In this document: piece after piece, positions 59,609 through 64,000 of the stretch | How positions within the stretch are numbered: the first letter of the stretch is position 1 | Layout: each line of letters starts with the position of its first letter | Source: Candidatus Aenigmatarchaeota archaeon | Lineage (GTDB): Archaea > Aenigmatarchaeota > Aenigmatarchaeia > QMZP01 | Assembly: GCA_016783545.1 (NCBI GenBank) | Contig: JADHWJ010000003.1 | Span: 1,490-65,489, forward strand | Reading direction: 5' to 3' | Length of the DNA stretch: 64,000 nt | Position numbers and translations under genes: made by a program | Notes under the pieces: model-generated | Told to the model about the DNA's origin: nothing | Seen by the model: the letters and a program-made list of their open reading frames with translations, nothing else | Databases searched by the model: none

Positions 59609-61077
59609 ATGAAATTAGATTTATTCGAGTTATGTTTAGCTAAGGATAATATAGATACAAGATCTTGGATTTTAGTTAGTGGTAGTGATTTAAATAAAAT
59701 ATTTATGGAGTTAAAAAATGAAATTCTATCCAAAATCAATGAAATTGAGTTAATAAATAAAATACTTTTCAATCTCAATATATGTATAGAATTAGTTAAA
59801 TATGAAAACCCTAGAAAATTATTAAAATCTTGGATTAAAAAACAAAAACCATCAGGCTTTGACATTGCTAGTTTCACAGGAACTAGTTATGGAGATTGGA
59901 AAAAAATTGAGACCGGTAAACATTTGCCAAGTTGTCAAAAAATCAGAAAAATATCTATTCTTTTTGGCAGTCCTTCAGGGTTTAGACATAAGTGCAAAAA
60001 CAATGATTTTTGTTTCAGGGCATTAGTCTGTATTTTTTCTTCATTGAATATTAATAAAAAATTCATTCCGCTTAACATTATTTTAGAAATATTAAAAATC
60101 TGGAAATGTATCTTCAATAAATCGGAATTCGAGTTTAATCAAAAGAAATTGGATATAATGAAAAATATAGATTGGTTAAAAATGAATCAGCATCGTTCTA
60201 GATCTATAAAAGCAGTGAAAAATATTGATAAAAATTTATCTAAAATTATAGGAGCGTTTGCTGCTGATGGTAATTTTTATCCTCCGGACATGATAAGATG
60301 GGAAGAAGAATATGAAGATAATATGATTGCATTATCTAGATGGTTATACTATTCATTTGGTATTGTAATTAAGGTGAAAAAATCTAATAGAGAAAGAAAT
60401 AGCCACGTATTTAGGTTTCGGAATAAAATAATCTCGAGATATCTAGAAATATTCTTTAATTTCAAACCCAAGGCAAAAACTTATTCTGTTGATGAACCAG
60501 ATTGTATCAAAAAATCTTCACTTGATATAAGAAGGGGATTTGCTAAAGGTGCTTTAATGTTCGAATCTGGAGTAAATACAGATTTTAATATAACTCTTCA
60601 TGTTAGAAGTAAAAAGTTTAGAGATTCTTTGGTGAATATTATTAAAACTGATACAGATGTAAAAAAATATATAGTAAAGGTTTCTACGGATTTAGAATAC
60701 CTTTATCTAAGAATAAAAACAATAAACTATTGCTGAATTATTTTGAAAAAGGAACTATAAAATGGAAGAGACTAAATGAATTTATAAATGGATTTGAAGA
60801 AACTGTTGAAAATGTAGAAGTTGCTAAAAATATACTTGATGCTTCGTATCCAAAATTAAGGAAAATTTCATTTTCAGATATAATAGAGATTATAAAAAAT
60901 AAAGAAAGTTTTGATCTATATGAAATATTGGAAAAAGTAAATTTATGTAGATCAAGTCTAGGGAAAAGGATGGAACTACTAACTCGTACAAACATTTTAA
61001 TAAAGAAAAGAAGAAAAAGAAATATTTACAATTTTAATGAAAATATTAAAAAATGGAGGCTTCCAAATACTAACTAA
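59609..61077 (+). pseudogene. LAGLIDADG-like protein with HTH, split by a -1 shift at the A7 run 60661-60667
   Basis: IIGAFAADG and FAKGALMFESG motifs; the -1 frame is open from the A-run into ORF 60730-61077 (C-terminal wHTH-like). Confidence 0.7.
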
Positions 61078-62074
61078 CCAACAACTTTGATATTTTCTTT
61101 GGATCATATTCTTCTAAATCATTATATTCTTGTCCTGTACCTAAAAAAAGTATGGGTTTTTTCAACACGAAGGCTGCAGACATGATAGCACCGCCCCTTG
61201 TGTCAATATCTACCTTTGTCAGTATTATAGCATCGACATTTACCATTTCGTCAAACATCCTTCCCTGGGATATTATATCATTTCCAGTTAAACTATCAAG
61301 GACTAAAATCTTCATATCGGGTTTATTAACTTTGCATATTTTTTTTAATTCGTCAGCAAGATCTTTATTAACATGGGTTCTTCCGGCAGTATCAGCCAAA
61401 ACTATATCACATCTATTTGCTTCTGCATATTTTTTTGCATCAAAAACAACAGCTGCAGGATCGGCATTATACTGGTGCTTTATCACTTTCATACCTAATT
61501 TATTGCCATGAACCTCTAGCTGTTCTTGAGCTGCACTTCTAAAAGTGTCAGCTGCAGCGAAAACAAATTTGTATTTTTTCTTTAATTTATATGCTAGTCT
61601 CCCTATACACGTCGTTTTTCCTGCACCATTAAATCCGAGAAAAACAAATAGAGCAGGTCTTTTTTCAGATTTTGCTTTTTTAATCACATCTTCAATTTTA
61701 ATTTGTTTTTGATTTAGAACCTTAAAGACAGCATTTTCAAAACTTTCCCTTATAAACTCCTTTGCACTTGTTCTTTTGATAGGCTTTCCAGCAAACTCTT
61801 TTTTAAGATTTTCCTTCAGAAAATCTATTACTTCCAATGCAACATTTGCCTGCAAAAGCTCTGTTTCCAGATCTGTAAAAAAGTTATCTACATCTTTTTC
61901 AGTAAATTCCTTTTCAGTGACCTTTTTTGTTATTTTCTTCAAAAAACTGGTTTCTTTGGGCTTTGGTGGCTCCTTCAGCTCCAAGAATTCCTCTTTTTCT
62001 TCTATTGGTTCCTCTGCTTTTTTTGTTAATTTTTCAACAGATTCTCTGAGTTTCTTTTTCAATAATCCGAACAT
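61070..62074 (-). CDS. ftsY: Signal recognition particle receptor FtsY
   Basis: GFNGAGKTT, ADTFRSAA, DTAGR, TKVD, GTGQ; start MFGLLKKKL. Confidence 0.96.
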   Translation of the reverse strand: MFGLLKKKLRESVEKLTKKAEEPIEEKEEFLELKEPPKPKETSFLKKITKKVTEKEFTEKDVDNFFTDLETELLQANVALEVIDFLKENLKKEFAGKPIKRTSAKEFIRESFENAVFKVLNQKQIKIEDVIKKAKSEKRPALFVFLGFNGAGKTTCIGRLAYKLKKKYKFVFAAADTFRSAAQEQLEVHGNKLGMKVIKHQYNADPAAVVFDAKKYAEANRCDIVLADTAGRTHVNKDLADELKKICKVNKPDMKILVLDSLTGNDIISQGRMFDEMVNVDAIILTKVDIDTRGGAIMSAAFVLKKPILFLGTGQEYNDLEEYDPKKISKLLVS

Positions 62075-62124
62075 AATATAGATTTCACTAGAGGTTATAA
62101 AAACTTTGTTTTCAAGTATTCTCC

Positions 62125-62970
62125 ATGAATACCACAAAAAAGCTATATGAAGACGGTATAGAAAGATTACTTGGAGCCCAGGTGAATAAAAGAGAGCTTG
62201 CAAAAATCGTTAGAATTGAACTTAAAAAAAGATTTAATATTTCGGTGAAAGCTGAAACCGTGAGAAGAGCGTTTAGGAGGAGAGGTAGAACAAGGAAATA
62301 TATAATAAGAATACTCGATGATATGGTAAGGGACCAGGACGAAAGGCTAATACCTGTTTATACTGGTCTTATAAGTAGAGATGCTTTGCCTGATCTTGAA
62401 GATTGTATTAAAGTCTTGCATTTTAGAAGCTATAGAGCAATAGCATGTGCAGTTGCAGAAGAGACAGGTATTCCACTTGACACCGTTATCAATAGTATAG
62501 GAAAAAAGAAAAGTTATGGATATATAAGAAGAGAGATAGTTCAATATCTCAAAGATTGGCTGGATTTGGCAAAATCTGGTGGAAAGCCAGATATAGACTC
62601 AAAATACACTGGTGTTAGAACAAGCATAATAAAATCGATGATGCGACTTCTGATTGAAAATGGAGAATATCCTACGAATATTGCTGTATGTAGATATGTT
62701 GCTAAAAAACATGGGTTACGTGCTGAAACAATATATGAAAAATATTTTCTCTGCAAAGGCGATTATGCGCCATTGGATGTATATGAAGAGCTTAAAGAAA
62801 GAACCAAAGGAGTGAAGCTCTATGACATGACACTCGGTGGATATATGAAAGGTGATAAAATATATCACCATGTATTTGGAGTGGGTGTTGTAAAGTCTAT
62901 CAGACCACAATCAATTGACGCTGAATTTGACGGTGATATGAAAAAGCTTGCTATAAACTATGAAATCTGA
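62125..62970 (+). CDS. Hypothetical protein with HTH-like repeats and C-terminal Tudor-like (PcrA/UvrD CTD-like) domain
   Basis: KGDKIYHHVFGVGVVKSI..IDAEFDG..KKL. Confidence 0.6.
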   Translation: MNTTKKLYEDGIERLLGAQVNKRELAKIVRIELKKRFNISVKAETVRRAFRRRGRTRKYIIRILDDMVRDQDERLIPVYTGLISRDALPDLEDCIKVLHFRSYRAIACAVAEETGIPLDTVINSIGKKKSYGYIRREIVQYLKDWLDLAKSGGKPDIDSKYTGVRTSIIKSMMRLLIENGEYPTNIAVCRYVAKKHGLRAETIYEKYFLCKGDYAPLDVYEELKERTKGVKLYDMTLGGYMKGDKIYHHVFGVGVVKSIRPQSIDAEFDGDMKKLAINYEI

Positions 62971-63019
62971 ATATTTGGGGTAGTAAAGGTTAATAAATAT
63001 TAACTTGTAAAAAGGTTCT

Positions 63020-64000
63020 ATGATTGAGATACCGAGGTTGATTTTGATAGAAAAAGGGGCTATAAACAAGCTTCCTGAAGTCCTGCAAAAACTGGATATT
63101 AAAGGAAAGGCTTTGATAATTGTAGATGAAATAACAAAGGATATTGCTGGTAATAAGATAAAAGAAAGCTTGGAAGGCTCTGATTTTGTTATGATAAAAA
63201 GTTCCAGAATGGAAGATGTCGAAACAATCAAAAAAGCTGCAGAAGGGTTTGATTGTATAATAGGTGTTGGTGGTGGCAAGATATTGGATACCAGCAAAAT
63301 GGCTGCAATGGAAACAGAAAAACCTTTCATATCATTCCCGACAGCTCCTTCGCACGATGGTATATGTTCAGAGAATGTCTCTTTAACCGTTGATGGAAAA
63401 TACCAATCATTAAAGGCAAGAGTTCCTTTTGCATTAGTAGCTGATATTGATATAATAAAAAAAGCTCCATATAGAATGATTGCATCTGGGGCAGCAGATC
63501 TTGTTGCAAAATATACAGCAAATTTTGATTGGAAGCTTGCAAAGGATAAGCAAAACGAAGAATACAATGATTATGCAGCAGAGCTTGCATTAGCTTCTGC
63601 AAAGATTGTCAAAGATAATGCAAATGATATAAAAAATCTTACTGATAATGGTATAAAGAACCTTGTATGGGGCCTGGTTATATCAGGCATTTCAATGTCA
63701 ATGATAAGTAGCTCAAGACCTGGTTCAGGTGCTGAGCATATGTTTTCTCATGCTTTGGATGCACTATGTTCTGAAAAGGGTATAAAAGGCGCTCTACACG
63801 GCGAACAGTGTGGATTTGGTTCCATATTAATGGGACATCATCAAGGAGAGAACTGGGGGGAAACCAAGGAACTTTTGGAAAAAATCGGGGCACCTACAAC
63901 TGCCAAGGATTTGGGCATTGAAGAAGAGATACTAATTGAAGCGCTGTTAAATGCAAAGAACATAAGGGATAGATATACCATCCTGGATGAAAAACCATTA
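63020..64000 (+). CDS. egsA: sn-glycerol-1-phosphate dehydrogenase (3' partial, not in ORF track)
   Basis: IGVGGGKILD, FPTAPSHDGICS, SSRPGSGAEHMFSH, ALHGEQ. Confidence 0.93.
   Translation, partial: MIEIPRLILIEKGAINKLPEVLQKLDIKGKALIIVDEITKDIAGNKIKESLEGSDFVMIKSSRMEDVETIKKAAEGFDCIIGVGGGKILDTSKMAAMETEKPFISFPTAPSHDGICSENVSLTVDGKYQSLKARVPFALVADIDIIKKAPYRMIASGAADLVAKYTANFDWKLAKDKQNEEYNDYAAELALASAKIVKDNANDIKNLTDNGIKNLVWGLVISGISMSMISSSRPGSGAEHMFSHALDALCSEKGIKGALHGEQCGFGSILMGHHQGENWGETKELLEKIGAPTTAKDLGIEEEILIEALLNAKNIRDRYTILDEKPL

Noticed and set aside
62911-63893. Minus-strand ORFs at the window end
   Set aside because: Shadows of egsA, which is open on the plus strand from 63020 to the edge
1-64000. 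CRISPR array, rRNA, integrase/transposase or reverse transcriptase
   Set aside because: No regularly spaced repeat-spacer series, no rRNA-like sequence and no recognisable catalytic motifs seen

Overview
AT-rich archaeal chromosome segment. EF-1alpha, the split Rpo2 and Rpo1 subunits, L6/L32e, an archaeal histone, G1P dehydrogenase and BHB-intron tRNAs mark it as archaeal. The gene content and large surface proteins suggest a DPANN lineage, possibly Aenigmarchaeota (inference). Housekeeping content includes the RNAP operon, tuf, ftsY, map, uppS, alaX, ppdK, GTP-PEPCK, a pyrF-E-C-D/K block and two PIN toxin-antitoxin pairs. The main unexplained structure is five dispersed, GC-richer cassettes of unrelated cargo genes (about 7.75-10.8, 20.4-22.2, 26.0-27.3, 32.2-32.7 and 33.15-33.76 kb). 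They share related 5' leaders, and each ends, in gene orientation, with a hairpin followed by the same 20-bp motif TATAHTGTCANNTWARMGGK. Five further 'solo' copies of the motif lacking an intact 5' TATA sit in intergenic DNA, and no recombinase is visible in the window. Other highlights are a tRNA-Lys(UUU) with four BHB introns, a two-intron tRNA-Leu with an A34 (AAG) anticodon, a bacterial-type bS22-like 29-aa ORF, free-standing LAGLIDADG genes, and three single-base frameshifts. All protein calls come from motif recognition by eye; no database searches were run, and GC differences are visual estimates.
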